Positions 36,770 to 45,816 of a stretch of 64,000 nt of DNA are shown one piece after another. Source of the stretch: an uncultured Actinomycetes bacterium (GTDB lineage Bacteria; Actinomycetota; UBA4738; JBBDTT01); assembly GCA_963742735.1 (NCBI GenBank), contig CAVUMN010000004.1:480001-544000 (forward strand). The letters run 5' to 3'. Numbering within the stretch: position 1 is the first letter of the stretch; each line of letters opens with the position of its first letter. A program made the position numbers and the translations under genes. The notes below the pieces were generated by a model. It saw only the letters and a program-made list of their open reading frames with translations, was not told the origin of the DNA and made no database searches.

Positions 36770-38059
36770 ATGCGACGACTCCTGCTCGCGGTCCTGGTGG
36801 CGTCCGCGCTCTGGCCGCTGGCCCCGGCGGGCGCCCAGAGCGTCGAGCCCACGCACGTGGCGGACGTCGTGAAGATCCAGGGGGTCATCGACTCGCGCGT
36901 GGCGCGGCTGATCGAGCGGCGGATGGAGGACACCCCGGACGGCGGCGTGGTGATCCTGCAGATGGACTCGCCCGGGACGATCGGGGTGGACGTTCTTGGG
37001 CTGGCGGATCGCATCTTCACCTCGCCGGTCCCGGTGGTGGTCTGGGTGGGGCCGCCCGGTGCCCTTGCCCAGGGCTCGGCCGTGCTGCTCCTCGAGGCGG
37101 CCCACGTGGCGGCCACCTCGCCGGGCTCCGGCGTCGGGCCGGGATCGCCGGCCGACCTGGTTCGCCCCGACCGAGGCCAGGCCATGGCCGCGGCGTTCGG
37201 GTTCGCGAGCCGACGTGGCCGGGAGGAGGACTCCGTCTTGGACTTGTGGGAACGGAGCGCGCCCGTGCCACCGCAGGATTCGCTGGACCTCGGCCTGGTC
37301 GACCTGGCGGCGCAGAGCCTGCTGGATCTCTTGAGCCAGCTCGACGGGATGGAGGTCGAGACGTCGGCGGGCACACAGACCCTGGTGACCGAGGGCGATC
37401 CCGAGGAGTTCGGCCTGCGGTTCAGCGAGCTGGGCCCGATCGACCGGACGCTCCACGCCGTGGTGGCGCCCACCGCCTCGTACGTGCTGCTCGTCCTCGG
37501 GTTGTGGGCGATCGCCTTCGAGATTGTCCAGCCCGGGGTGGGCCTGGCCGCGGTGGTCGGGGTGATCTTCGTCGCGCTCGCGGGCTACTCGCTGACGATC
37601 CTGAACCCGAGCTGGGCGGGGGCGGCGTTGATCGGCGCCGGCGTCGCGCTGCTGACCCTCGACGTGAAGCTGCGGAAGCTTGCCCTGCCGACGGTGCTGG
37701 GCGCGGTGGCGTTCGGCGCCGGTTCGCTCCTGATCTACGGCCGAGCCGACGAGCGGATCGGGCTGTCGGCGTGGGTGATCTGGCCGTTCGTGATCGCCAC
37801 CGTGCTGTACTTCGGGTTCGTGTTGACCGTCGCCGTCCGTTCGCGCGAGCGGGCCATCGCCGCGACGGGGAGCGGCCTGGTCGGCCTGGTAGGCGAGAGC
37901 GCCAGCGACCTCGCACCGGAGGGCCAGGTTGTGGTGAAGGGCGCCATGTGGCAGGCGCGTTCGCTGGCCGGCCCGATCCCCGGCGGCAAGACCGTGCGCG
38001 TCCGCAACGTCGACGGCCTGGTCCTCGAGGTCACGGCGGAGCCCGCACCGCAGCCCTGA
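36770..38059 (+). CDS. Long NfeD family protein (ClpP-like domain, TM region, OB fold)
   Basis: Signal peptide, MDSPG, PVVVWVGP, FEIVQPG, LAPEGQVVVKGAMWQA...VDGLVLEV. Confidence 0.88.
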   Translation: MRRLLLAVLVASALWPLAPAGAQSVEPTHVADVVKIQGVIDSRVARLIERRMEDTPDGGVVILQMDSPGTIGVDVLGLADRIFTSPVPVVVWVGPPGALAQGSAVLLLEAAHVAATSPGSGVGPGSPADLVRPDRGQAMAAAFGFASRRGREEDSVLDLWERSAPVPPQDSLDLGLVDLAAQSLLDLLSQLDGMEVETSAGTQTLVTEGDPEEFGLRFSELGPIDRTLHAVVAPTASYVLLVLGLWAIAFEIVQPGVGLAAVVGVIFVALAGYSLTILNPSWAGAALIGAGVALLTLDVKLRKLALPTVLGAVAFGAGSLLIYGRADERIGLSAWVIWPFVIATVLYFGFVLTVAVRSRERAIAATGSGLVGLVGESASDLAPEGQVVVKGAMWQARSLAGPIPGGKTVRVRNVDGLVLEVTAEPAPQP

Positions 38060-38064
38060 GCCCG

Positions 38065-38093
38065 GGAACGCTGGGGGCCGGGAGATCGTCCTA
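38065..38093 (+). promoter_or_regulatory. ECF-type promoter
   Basis: GGAAC-N17-CGTC; same pattern recurs at 39675. Confidence 0.55.
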
Positions 38094-38136
38094 CTCCCTG
38101 ACGGACGAGAGGCGTCCGGGAATCGAGGACCGGGTC

Positions 38137-39171
38137 ATGCTCCGCAAGCTCACGCTCATGACGCTCACCGCGCTCTTCCTGCTCGTCGCCGCGCCGGCCT
38201 GGGCGTGCGGAGGACTCGTCGCCCCCAACGGCACGATCGCCCTGGTCCGGACCACCACGCTCGCCGCCTACCACGACGGCATCGAGCACTACGTCACCTC
38301 GTTCCAGTTCGCGGGCGGCGGCGCCGAGTTCGGCTCGATCGTCCCGCTGCCCGGCGTCCCGACCAAGGTCGAGCGCGGCGGCGACTGGACCCTCCAGCGC
38401 CTGGTCCGGGAGGTCGCCCCGCCCGCCGAAAACACGGCGCTCCTCTTCAGCGCGGGCGCGCCCGCCGCGAGGGACGGCGTCGAGATCCTCCTGGAGACCA
38501 CCATCGACGCCCTGGACATCACCGTCCTCAAGGGCGGCGGGTTCGCGGTCGGCGAGTGGGCCGAGGACAACGGCTTCAGCCTCACGCCGGACGCGCCGGA
38601 GGTCCTCGACTTCTACGCGCGCCGGAGCCCGATCTTCATGGCCGCCCGGTTCGACGCGGCCGCCGCGCGCGAGCGCGGACAGAGCCTCGGCGACGGCACC
38701 CCCATCCACCTGACCATCCCGACCCCGAACCCGTGGGTCCCGCTGCGGATCCTGGGCCTCGGCCGCCAGGCCGAGGAGCTGATCCAGGCCGACGTGTTCC
38801 TGCTCACCGACCGCGAGCCGGCGATGCTTCCGAAGCCGGGCGCCACGTTCGAGCTGGAGCGCAGCGAGGAGGCGAGCGACCTGCTGATGGCCGACCTCCG
38901 CAGCGACAAGGGCATGGAGTGGCTGCCGGAGCGCGGGATGTGGTTCTCGTACCTGAGGTTCGACACCGAAGCCGGGAAGCTCACGCACGACCTGGCCCTG
39001 GACGTGACGGGTGTCGGCCAGCCCAACCCCGTCGCGGCGGGACTGCCCGTCTCGGCGCGCGTCGAGCCGCTCCCCGGGCTCGGCTGGTTCCTGGTCGGCG
39101 GCGGCCTGCTGGCCGTGGCGTTCGCCCTGACCATGCTGTCGACGCGGCGGTTGACCCCCGCCCGTCCCTGA
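38137..39171 (+). CDS. DUF2330-family exported protein with C-terminal TM anchor
   Basis: Signal peptide ending AWA-CG; FGSIVPLP, P..PLR pattern; C-terminal hydrophobic helix followed by RR. Confidence 0.75.
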   Translation: MLRKLTLMTLTALFLLVAAPAWACGGLVAPNGTIALVRTTTLAAYHDGIEHYVTSFQFAGGGAEFGSIVPLPGVPTKVERGGDWTLQRLVREVAPPAENTALLFSAGAPAARDGVEILLETTIDALDITVLKGGGFAVGEWAEDNGFSLTPDAPEVLDFYARRSPIFMAARFDAAAARERGQSLGDGTPIHLTIPTPNPWVPLRILGLGRQAEELIQADVFLLTDREPAMLPKPGATFELERSEEASDLLMADLRSDKGMEWLPERGMWFSYLRFDTEAGKLTHDLALDVTGVGQPNPVAAGLPVSARVEPLPGLGWFLVGGGLLAVAFALTMLSTRRLTPARP

Positions 39172-39172
39172 C

Positions 39173-39568
39173 GTGCGCCGGGCGACCGCGCTCGCGATGC
39201 TCCTGCTCCTCGCGGCCGTCGGCATCGGCGGCTGCGAGGGCGGGCCGCGCGAGGTCCGCCTGGAGATCCGGCACTCGCGGTTCTCGACCGGGACGATCGA
39301 GGTGGAGGCCGGCTCGACCGTTCGCTTCGTGATCGCGAACACCGACCCGATCGCCCACGAGTTCATCCTCGGCGACCAGGCCGTCCAGGACCGTCACGAG
39401 AACGGGACCGAGCCGAAGCACGGAGCCCGGCCGGGCGAGGTGTCGGTCCCCCCGGGCGAGACCCACGCCACCACCTACACCTTCGAGGGCCCGGGGACGC
39501 TGATCTTCGCCTGCCACCTTCCCGGTCACTTCGCGTACGGGATGCGCGGCGAGGTGAGCGTCCGATGA
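39173..39568 (+). CDS. Cupredoxin lipoprotein
   Basis: Lipobox IGGC; HEF...FACHLPGHFAYGM. Confidence 0.88.
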   Translation: MRRATALAMLLLLAAVGIGGCEGGPREVRLEIRHSRFSTGTIEVEAGSTVRFVIANTDPIAHEFILGDQAVQDRHENGTEPKHGARPGEVSVPPGETHATTYTFEGPGTLIFACHLPGHFAYGMRGEVSVR

Positions 39569-39674
39569 GGGCGATGAGGGGGTTCGGGGGGGGAGCACGC
39601 CCAAGGGTGGGCCCGAGTCCGTTCCAGACGGCGTGCGGACCCCCGAGGCTGAATGTGAAAGGTCCGTGAAGGAC

Positions 39675-39702
39675 GGAACGTCCGGAAACCATCGGGCGTC
39701 TA
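39675..39702 (+). promoter_or_regulatory. ECF-type promoter upstream of whiB
   Basis: GGAAC-N17-CGTCTA; preceded by GTGAA-N6-GTGAA direct repeat (39655-39670). Confidence 0.55.
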
Positions 39703-39732
39703 CTGCCGAAGAACTGTGATGAGGGAACGCTG

Positions 39733-40014
39733 ATGGCGACGAGCACCTGGTGGATCGGCTGGCAGCACCGCGCCGCGTGCCGCGGCGAGGTCGCCGGCCT
39801 GTTCTTCCCCGACAGCTCGCTGGAGACGCGCGAGGAGCGCCGGGACCGCGAGGCCGCCGCGAAGGCGATCTGCGCGACCTGCGAGGTGCGCACCGAGTGC
39901 CTGGAGTACGCCCTCCGCGCCCGCGAGACCCACGGCGTCTGGGGCGGCCTGAACGAGTACGAGCGCCGCGCGGTCGCCCGCGAGCGAGACCAGCAGGACC
40001 GTCGCGCCGGCTGA
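39733..40014 (+). CDS. whiB: WhiB-family Fe-S transcription factor (WhiB3/WhiD-like)
   Basis: WQHRAAC...LFFP...AKAICATCEVRTEC...GVWGGL. Confidence 0.95.
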   Translation: MATSTWWIGWQHRAACRGEVAGLFFPDSSLETREERRDREAAAKAICATCEVRTECLEYALRARETHGVWGGLNEYERRAVARERDQQDRRAG

Positions 40015-40066
40015 GCCGCACGCCCGGACCTTCCTCCGGGGCGTGTGCATGGCATGATCGGCCGCG

Positions 40067-40525
40067 ATGGGCGCCGAGGACCGTCTGGCCGAGCTGGGCA
40101 TCGAGCTTCCCCCCGCCAACCCACCCCTGGCCTCCTACGTGCCGGTCGTCGTGACCGGCACTCTCGCGTTCGTCTCCGGGCAGGTGGCGATGGATGCCGG
40201 CGCCCCGATGTGGACCGGACACGTGGGGGCCGACGTGTCCCTCGAGGACGCCCAGGCCGCCGCCCGCCGGTGCGCCATCCAGGCTCTCGCGGCCCTCAAG
40301 GCCGAGCTCGGCTCGCTCGACCGGATCCGGCGGATCGTGAAGCTGACCGTGTGGGTGGCCTCCGCCCCGGGCTTCACCGATCAGCCGAAGGTGGCCAACG
40401 GCGCCAGCGACTTCCTGCAGGAGGTGCTCGGCGAGGCCGGCCGGCACGCCCGGGCCGCGGTCGCCGCGCCGGAGCTGCCGCTGGGGGTGCCCGTCGAGGT
40501 CGAGCTCATCGCCGAGGTCGGCTGA
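40067..40525 (+). CDS. RidA/YjgF family protein
   Basis: RLAELGIELP, FVSGQ, VANGASD, GRHARAAV, LPLGVPVEVE. Confidence 0.93.
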   Translation: MGAEDRLAELGIELPPANPPLASYVPVVVTGTLAFVSGQVAMDAGAPMWTGHVGADVSLEDAQAAARRCAIQALAALKAELGSLDRIRRIVKLTVWVASAPGFTDQPKVANGASDFLQEVLGEAGRHARAAVAAPELPLGVPVEVELIAEVG

Positions 40526-40614
40526 GCGTCAAGCCCGCAGGCGCCCCCCGCTCGTATGCACAGGCTGAGGCCGGGCGCCGGAACCGTCCGGCGCTTCACG
40601 TTGTAGGGAGGGCC

Positions 40615-41658
40615 ATGCGAGGAGCGGCACGGCGCGGTGTCGCGGCGATGGGAGCCGCGCTCCTCGCCCTGTCCGGATGCGCCGAGTCCGGCGGCCCGGG
40701 CCCGACGCCGGGCCCCGCCGTCGACAGGAGCCTGGTCGGCGAGGTCCTCACGAACGACGACCCGGGCGGCCTGCTCTACCAGCCGCTGCCCGAGGGCGAG
40801 CCCCGGTCCATGCGCCTCCCCGAGGACGTGGCGTTCACGCCGTGGGCGGTCCCCGCCGGCGACGGCGCGGTCGCCCTGGTGTTCAGCGAGGCGGGGAGTC
40901 GGCTGTACCGGGTTGGGCCCGGTCAGGAGCCGCGGCGGATCCTCCGCGATGTGGGAGACCCCACCGGCCTCGCCGCCGCCCCGGGCGGCCTCGTGGTGGG
41001 GGACTGCCGGCACCAGGTGCTGGTCCTGGCGGACCTGGACGGAGGGGGCCGCCGGAACGTGGGCGGAGGATGCATCGGCGCCGTCTCGCCCGACGGGACC
41101 CAGGTCGTCTACGCCACCCGGGAGGCCGTGTGGCGGGCGCCGGTCTCGGGGTCCGACGCGCCCGTCCGGCTGTTCGCCCTGTCCGACGTTCCGGGCCTGG
41201 ACGACGCGCTGACCGAACCGCGTCCCAGCGTCTTCGAGATGGCCTGGGGCGAGCCGGGCCTGGCCCTCGCCGTGGGCAACGAGGAATCGGCCGCCGTCGT
41301 GGTGGCGAGGCCGAACGGGGTGCTCAGCGCCATCCCGACCCTGGGTTCCAACACCTTCGTGACCTTCCTGCGATGGCAGCCGGGCGGTCGGCTGCTCGGC
41401 CTCGCGACGGGCCAGACCGGCAGCGAGGGCTTCTTGCGGCTCTACGACCCGGACGAGAAGCGGCTGCGCACGATCGGCCTGCACTCCCGAGGGTTCGTGT
41501 CCGCCGTCTGGGCGCCGGATGGCGCCTCGGTCCTCGCGGCCACGGGCGCCGGCTTCTTCGGGTCCGGCGCCGGACACTGGATCCACGTCGACCTGGAGGG
41601 CCGCCGGCTCGGCCGGGTCCTCGCGAACGGAGCGCTGCTCTATGGCTGGCTTCCGTAG
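40615..41658 (+). CDS. Lipoprotein with TolB/WD40-like beta-propeller
   Basis: GGGAGG RBS; lipobox LSGC; SPDG, WQPGG, WAPDG repeats. Confidence 0.75.
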   Translation: MRGAARRGVAAMGAALLALSGCAESGGPGPTPGPAVDRSLVGEVLTNDDPGGLLYQPLPEGEPRSMRLPEDVAFTPWAVPAGDGAVALVFSEAGSRLYRVGPGQEPRRILRDVGDPTGLAAAPGGLVVGDCRHQVLVLADLDGGGRRNVGGGCIGAVSPDGTQVVYATREAVWRAPVSGSDAPVRLFALSDVPGLDDALTEPRPSVFEMAWGEPGLALAVGNEESAAVVVARPNGVLSAIPTLGSNTFVTFLRWQPGGRLLGLATGQTGSEGFLRLYDPDEKRLRTIGLHSRGFVSAVWAPDGASVLAATGAGFFGSGAGHWIHVDLEGRRLGRVLANGALLYGWLP

Positions 41659-44257
41659 CGCGCCGTTCCGCCTGCTTCGGTTCCCGGCCACGCTCGTGGC
41701 CGTCCTGGTGGCCGCCCTGCTGCTGGCGGTGGCCGGCGCGGCGTCGCACCTGTTCGTGGACTCCGCGGGGAACGCGGCGCTGCAGCGGGAGATCGACAAC
41801 ACCGCCGGCCGGGTCCCCGCGTTCGAGATCCGCAAGCCGAGCGCCGTCGTGGCCGACGTCCTGGACTACCGCCGCGACGTCGTCCGCCGCCACCTCAGCC
41901 TGCCGGGGCTGGGGGCCCCGGTCCTGGCCGGCCTCGGGTCGCTCACCCAGGTGTCGATCCCCGGAGCGGAACCCTTCGAGCAGGCCCGCACGTTCACCCG
42001 CGACGGCGCGTTCGACCACGTCCGCGTGGTGGACGGCGGCCACGGAGAGGGGGTGTGGCTCCCCGACCGCCTCGCGGACACGATCGGGCTGGAGGCCGGG
42101 GACACCGTGCGCCTGTACCGGGGCGGGGACGACGTGGACGTGCGGGTCGCGGCGGTCTACGCCCACCTTGGGTACGAGCCCCCCGACGCGTACTGGGCGC
42201 CGTTCTCCGGGCTCATCTACCCGCCCACCGCCGAGATCAAGGCCGGCCGGAGCGAGGACCCGCCGCCGCCGTTCGTGATCATGGACTACGAGACCTATCT
42301 CGAGGTCCAGCCCCGCCTGGACGACCGCGCCGAGTTCGTGTGGGACTTCCCGCTGGAGGGCCGGCCCTCGCTGGACGAGGCCCGGGTGCTGTCCGCGCGG
42401 CTGCGCGAGGTCGGCGGCACCCTGTCCGACGAGACCACCGAGCTCGGGGGCGCGCTCGCGTCCGGGAACTACCAGACGCCGGTGACCACCTGGGTGGAGC
42501 AGGCGGAGCGCACGGTCACCGCGATCCTCACGCCGATCGAGACGATCTCGCTGGCCGGGCGGGGCGTGGCGCTCGCCGTGGTCATCGCCGCGGGCGTGTA
42601 CGTGATCCGCCGGCGCAGGGTCGAGTTCGCGCTGCTGCACGCGCGCGGCGTGGCGCCGTCCCGGCTCGGCGCGCGCGTCGCGGTGGAGTCCGTCCTCCCG
42701 CTGGCGATGGGGACTGTCGCCGGGGCGGCCGCCGCCGTCGGGCTGGTATCCGTCCTCGGGCCGGGCCGGTTCACGGAGGCCGCGGTCCGGGAGGCCGCCG
42801 TCTCGGCCGGGATCGGGGCCGCCGTCGGCGTGATCGCGCTGGGCATCGCGGCGGCGGCCACCGTGCGCGGCCTTGACGCGCCGGAAGCGGGCCGGCTCCG
42901 GGGCGTGGTCGGCCGCATCCCGTGGGAGGCCGTCGTGCTGACCCTCGCCGCCGCCGCGCTCTACGAGACGCGGATCCGCGGCGGAGAGCCGCTGGTCGAC
43001 GCGCAGGGCGTGGTGCAGATCGACCGGCTGCTGCTGCTGTTCCCGCTGCTGCTCCTGGCGGGCGGGGCCGGCGTCGCGGTCCGACTTCTCCGGCGGCTCC
43101 TGCCGCGTCTGGGGCGGATTCGGGCCCGGTCGCCGTCGATGTACCTGGCCTCCCGCCGCCTGGCCGGCGCGCCGCGCACGGCGAGCCTGCTGGTCACCGC
43201 GAGCGCGCTCGGGCTGGGGATGCTCGCGTACGCGGGGCTGCTCACCACCTCGATCCGGGGCAGCGCCGACGTGAAGGCCCATGTGGCCGTTGGGAGCGAC
43301 GTGGCCGTGCAGCTCGTGCGGGCCACCGACGAGGAGCCCGACCTGCCGGTCCCGTCCACGAGCGTTCGCGTCGTCGATGAGGTCCCCCTCGCCGGCGGCT
43401 CGGAGTCAACGCTCCTCGGCATCCGCGCGGAGACGTTCGGCGAGGCGGCGTTCTGGGAGAACCGGTTCGGGGCCTCGCTCGACGACGTCCTCGCCGCGCT
43501 GGCCCGGGAGGGGGGCGACCTCCCCGTAGCGCTGGTGAACGGCGGGGGCGATCCGACCGCGATCAGCTTCCCAGGGGCGTCGATCCCCATCCAGGTCGTG
43601 CTGCGGCTCGACGCCTTCCCGGGGATGTCGCCCAACCGGCCCACGGTGGTCGCGAACGTGGCCCGCCTCGAGGCGGAGCTGGACCGGTCCGACCTGACGC
43701 TGGCCTCCATCGGCGGGCGGCAGGAGGTGTGGGCGGTCGGCGGCCAGGACGAGGTCCTCGCCGCGCTGGAGGCCAAGGGCAACCGGTGGACGTTCGTCCG
43801 CGCGGTGGACGAGGTCCGCGACACGCCGGCGTTCCAGTCGCTGGCGTGGACGTTCGGGTTCCTCGAGGCCCTCGGGGTCGCCGCGGGCCTGATCGCCCTC
43901 GTCGGCCTGGTCCTGTACCTCCAGACCCGGCAGCGCGCGCGGGAGATCTCCTACGCCCTGGCCCGGCGGATGGGGCTGACGCGCGGCGCCCACCGGCGTT
44001 CGGTGGCCATGGAGCTCGTCGGGATGCTCGTGACGGCGTTCCTGGTCGGCGCCGCCCTGGCCCTCTTGGCCGCCGTGCTCGTGTACGGGAAGCTCGACCC
44101 GCTGCCATCGCTGCCGCCGAACCCGGTCCTCAGGGCGCCGGTGACGGTCCTGGCCGGCGCGGGCGCCGCCATCGTCGTCGTGGCGTGGCTCGGCGCTCGC
44201 CTCGTCCAGCGAAGGGCCGACCACGCGAACGTGGCGGAGGTGATGCGCGCTGCCTGA
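41642..44257 (+). CDS. FtsX/MacB-like ABC permease (double module)
   Basis: RRRVEFALLHARG and RAREISYALARRMG motifs, VGSD, two large extracellular loops. Confidence 0.85.
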   Translation: MAGFRSAPFRLLRFPATLVAVLVAALLLAVAGAASHLFVDSAGNAALQREIDNTAGRVPAFEIRKPSAVVADVLDYRRDVVRRHLSLPGLGAPVLAGLGSLTQVSIPGAEPFEQARTFTRDGAFDHVRVVDGGHGEGVWLPDRLADTIGLEAGDTVRLYRGGDDVDVRVAAVYAHLGYEPPDAYWAPFSGLIYPPTAEIKAGRSEDPPPPFVIMDYETYLEVQPRLDDRAEFVWDFPLEGRPSLDEARVLSARLREVGGTLSDETTELGGALASGNYQTPVTTWVEQAERTVTAILTPIETISLAGRGVALAVVIAAGVYVIRRRRVEFALLHARGVAPSRLGARVAVESVLPLAMGTVAGAAAAVGLVSVLGPGRFTEAAVREAAVSAGIGAAVGVIALGIAAAATVRGLDAPEAGRLRGVVGRIPWEAVVLTLAAAALYETRIRGGEPLVDAQGVVQIDRLLLLFPLLLLAGGAGVAVRLLRRLLPRLGRIRARSPSMYLASRRLAGAPRTASLLVTASALGLGMLAYAGLLTTSIRGSADVKAHVAVGSDVAVQLVRATDEEPDLPVPSTSVRVVDEVPLAGGSESTLLGIRAETFGEAAFWENRFGASLDDVLAALAREGGDLPVALVNGGGDPTAISFPGASIPIQVVLRLDAFPGMSPNRPTVVANVARLEAELDRSDLTLASIGGRQEVWAVGGQDEVLAALEAKGNRWTFVRAVDEVRDTPAFQSLAWTFGFLEALGVAAGLIALVGLVLYLQTRQRAREISYALARRMGLTRGAHRRSVAMELVGMLVTAFLVGAALALLAAVLVYGKLDPLPSLPPNPVLRAPVTVLAGAGAAIVVVAWLGARLVQRRADHANVAEVMRAA

Positions 44258-45076
44258 GGTCGCGACCCTCGAGGCCACCGCCGGAGCGTGCACCGGCGTC
44301 GTCAAGATCTACTGGACGGCGACGGGAGAGGTCCACGCGCTGAAGGGCATCGACGCGGCGTTCCCCGCCGGCGCGGTGACGGCCGTCGTCGGGCCGTCGG
44401 GGAGTGGGAAGTCCTCGCTGCTCAGGATCCTGGCCGGGCTGGACCACGCCACGGCCGGGTCCGTCCGGGTCGGCGACGCGGACTTGGGCGGGCTCGGCCG
44501 CCGCCGGCTGCGCCGCATGCGCCGCTCGCTCGTCGGCTACGTCTTCCAGCGCCCCTCCGACAACCTGATCTCCTACCTCAGCGTCGCCGAGCACGTCCGC
44601 CTGGCGGCACGCCTGCGCGGGCTGCGCGGCCGGCACCAGGGGGACGACGTCCTGGCGATGCTCGGCCTGGACAAGCGCCGTCACAACCTGCCGCGGCAGC
44701 TGTCGGGAGGAGAGCAGCAGCGGCTCGCGTTCGCACAGGCCGTCGTGGGCGCTCCCGCCCTCGTGGTGGCCGACGAGCCGACCGCCGAGCTCGACAGCGA
44801 GACTGCCGCGGCGCTGGTCGCCTCCGTGACAGAGCTCGCCGCCGGCGGCTCGACCTTCGTCGTCTCCACCCACGACCCCGACGTCGTCCGGGCTTCGGAC
44901 CAGGTCCTGGCTCTGCGCCACGGCGCGCTCGAAGCGGAGACCCGCCAGGACCGCCGGCTGTCGGTGATCGACGAGGCGGGGCGCATCCAGCTCCCCCCGA
45001 GGCCCTGAAGCTGTTTCCCGGACGCCGCGCCGAGATCGCGGTGGAGGACGGACACGTGAGGATCGATCCGCCGTGA
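44250..45076 (+). CDS. ABC ATP-binding protein with AbrB-like C-tail; probable CTG start; frameshift in C-run near 44995
   Basis: VVKIY...VHALKG upstream of the ORF-track start; GPSGSGKS, LSGGEQQR, DEPT; tail IDEAGRIQLP continues as PEALKLFPGRRAEIAVEDGHVRIDPP in another frame. Confidence 0.85.
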
Positions 45077-45816
45077 GGCTCCAGCCCGACGCCGTACCCG
45101 TCCTGACCGGCCGGGCCCTGGTGAAGACCTACCGGCGCGGGCCCGAAGAGGTCCACGCGCTGCAGGGCGTCGACCTCGAGCTTCGCTCCGGCGAGGTGAT
45201 CGGCCTGGTCGGCCGGTCCGGCTCCGGGAAGACGACGCTCCTCAACCTGTTCGCGGGTTGGGAGCACCCCGACTCCGGTGAGGTGGCATGGGCCGAGCCC
45301 GCCGACCGGCCGGTGAAGCGGCGCGGCCGTACGGCGGAGGCGGCATGGGACCGGATGGCCATACTCCCGCAGGGCCTCGGGCTCATCGAGGAGCTCCCGG
45401 TCCGGGAGAACGTCGAGCTCCCCGCCCGGCTGGCCCGGCGCCCCGAAGGGTTCGGCCGGGCCGAGGCGCTGATCGAGGCGCTCGGGCTCTCCGCGCTCGC
45501 CGACCGGCTGCCGGCGGAGGTCTCCCTCGGCGAGCAGCAGCGCACCGCGCTCGCCCGTGCCCTGGTCCTGCGCCCGGCGATCCTGCTCGCCGACGAGCCG
45601 ACCGGGCACCAGGACGCCGGGTGGAGTGTGGGCGTGTTCACGGCGATCCGCGCGGCCGCGGCCGAGGGGACCGCGTGCCTGATCGCCACCCACAACCGAG
45701 AAGTGCTGCGCTACACGACCCGGGTGGTCCAGATCGCCGACGGCCTGCTCAGCCAGGCTCCTCCGGTCCCGGCCGAGGAGCTCGCAGCCGCCGAAGGTCC
45801 CCGCTCCGGCGAGTGA
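45073..45816 (+). CDS. ABC ATP-binding protein
   Basis: GRSGSGKTT, VSLGEQQR, DEPTGHQD, ATH. Confidence 0.92.
   Translation: MRLQPDAVPVLTGRALVKTYRRGPEEVHALQGVDLELRSGEVIGLVGRSGSGKTTLLNLFAGWEHPDSGEVAWAEPADRPVKRRGRTAEAAWDRMAILPQGLGLIEELPVRENVELPARLARRPEGFGRAEALIEALGLSALADRLPAEVSLGEQQRTALARALVLRPAILLADEPTGHQDAGWSVGVFTAIRAAAAEGTACLIATHNREVLRYTTRVVQIADGLLSQAPPVPAEELAAAEGPRSGE

Noticed and set aside
45749-45816. 68-bp convergent overlap of selB and the ABC ATPase as antisense regulation
   Set aside because: Involves only low-complexity tails; such overlaps are common in stop-poor high-GC genomes (also 28618-28660)
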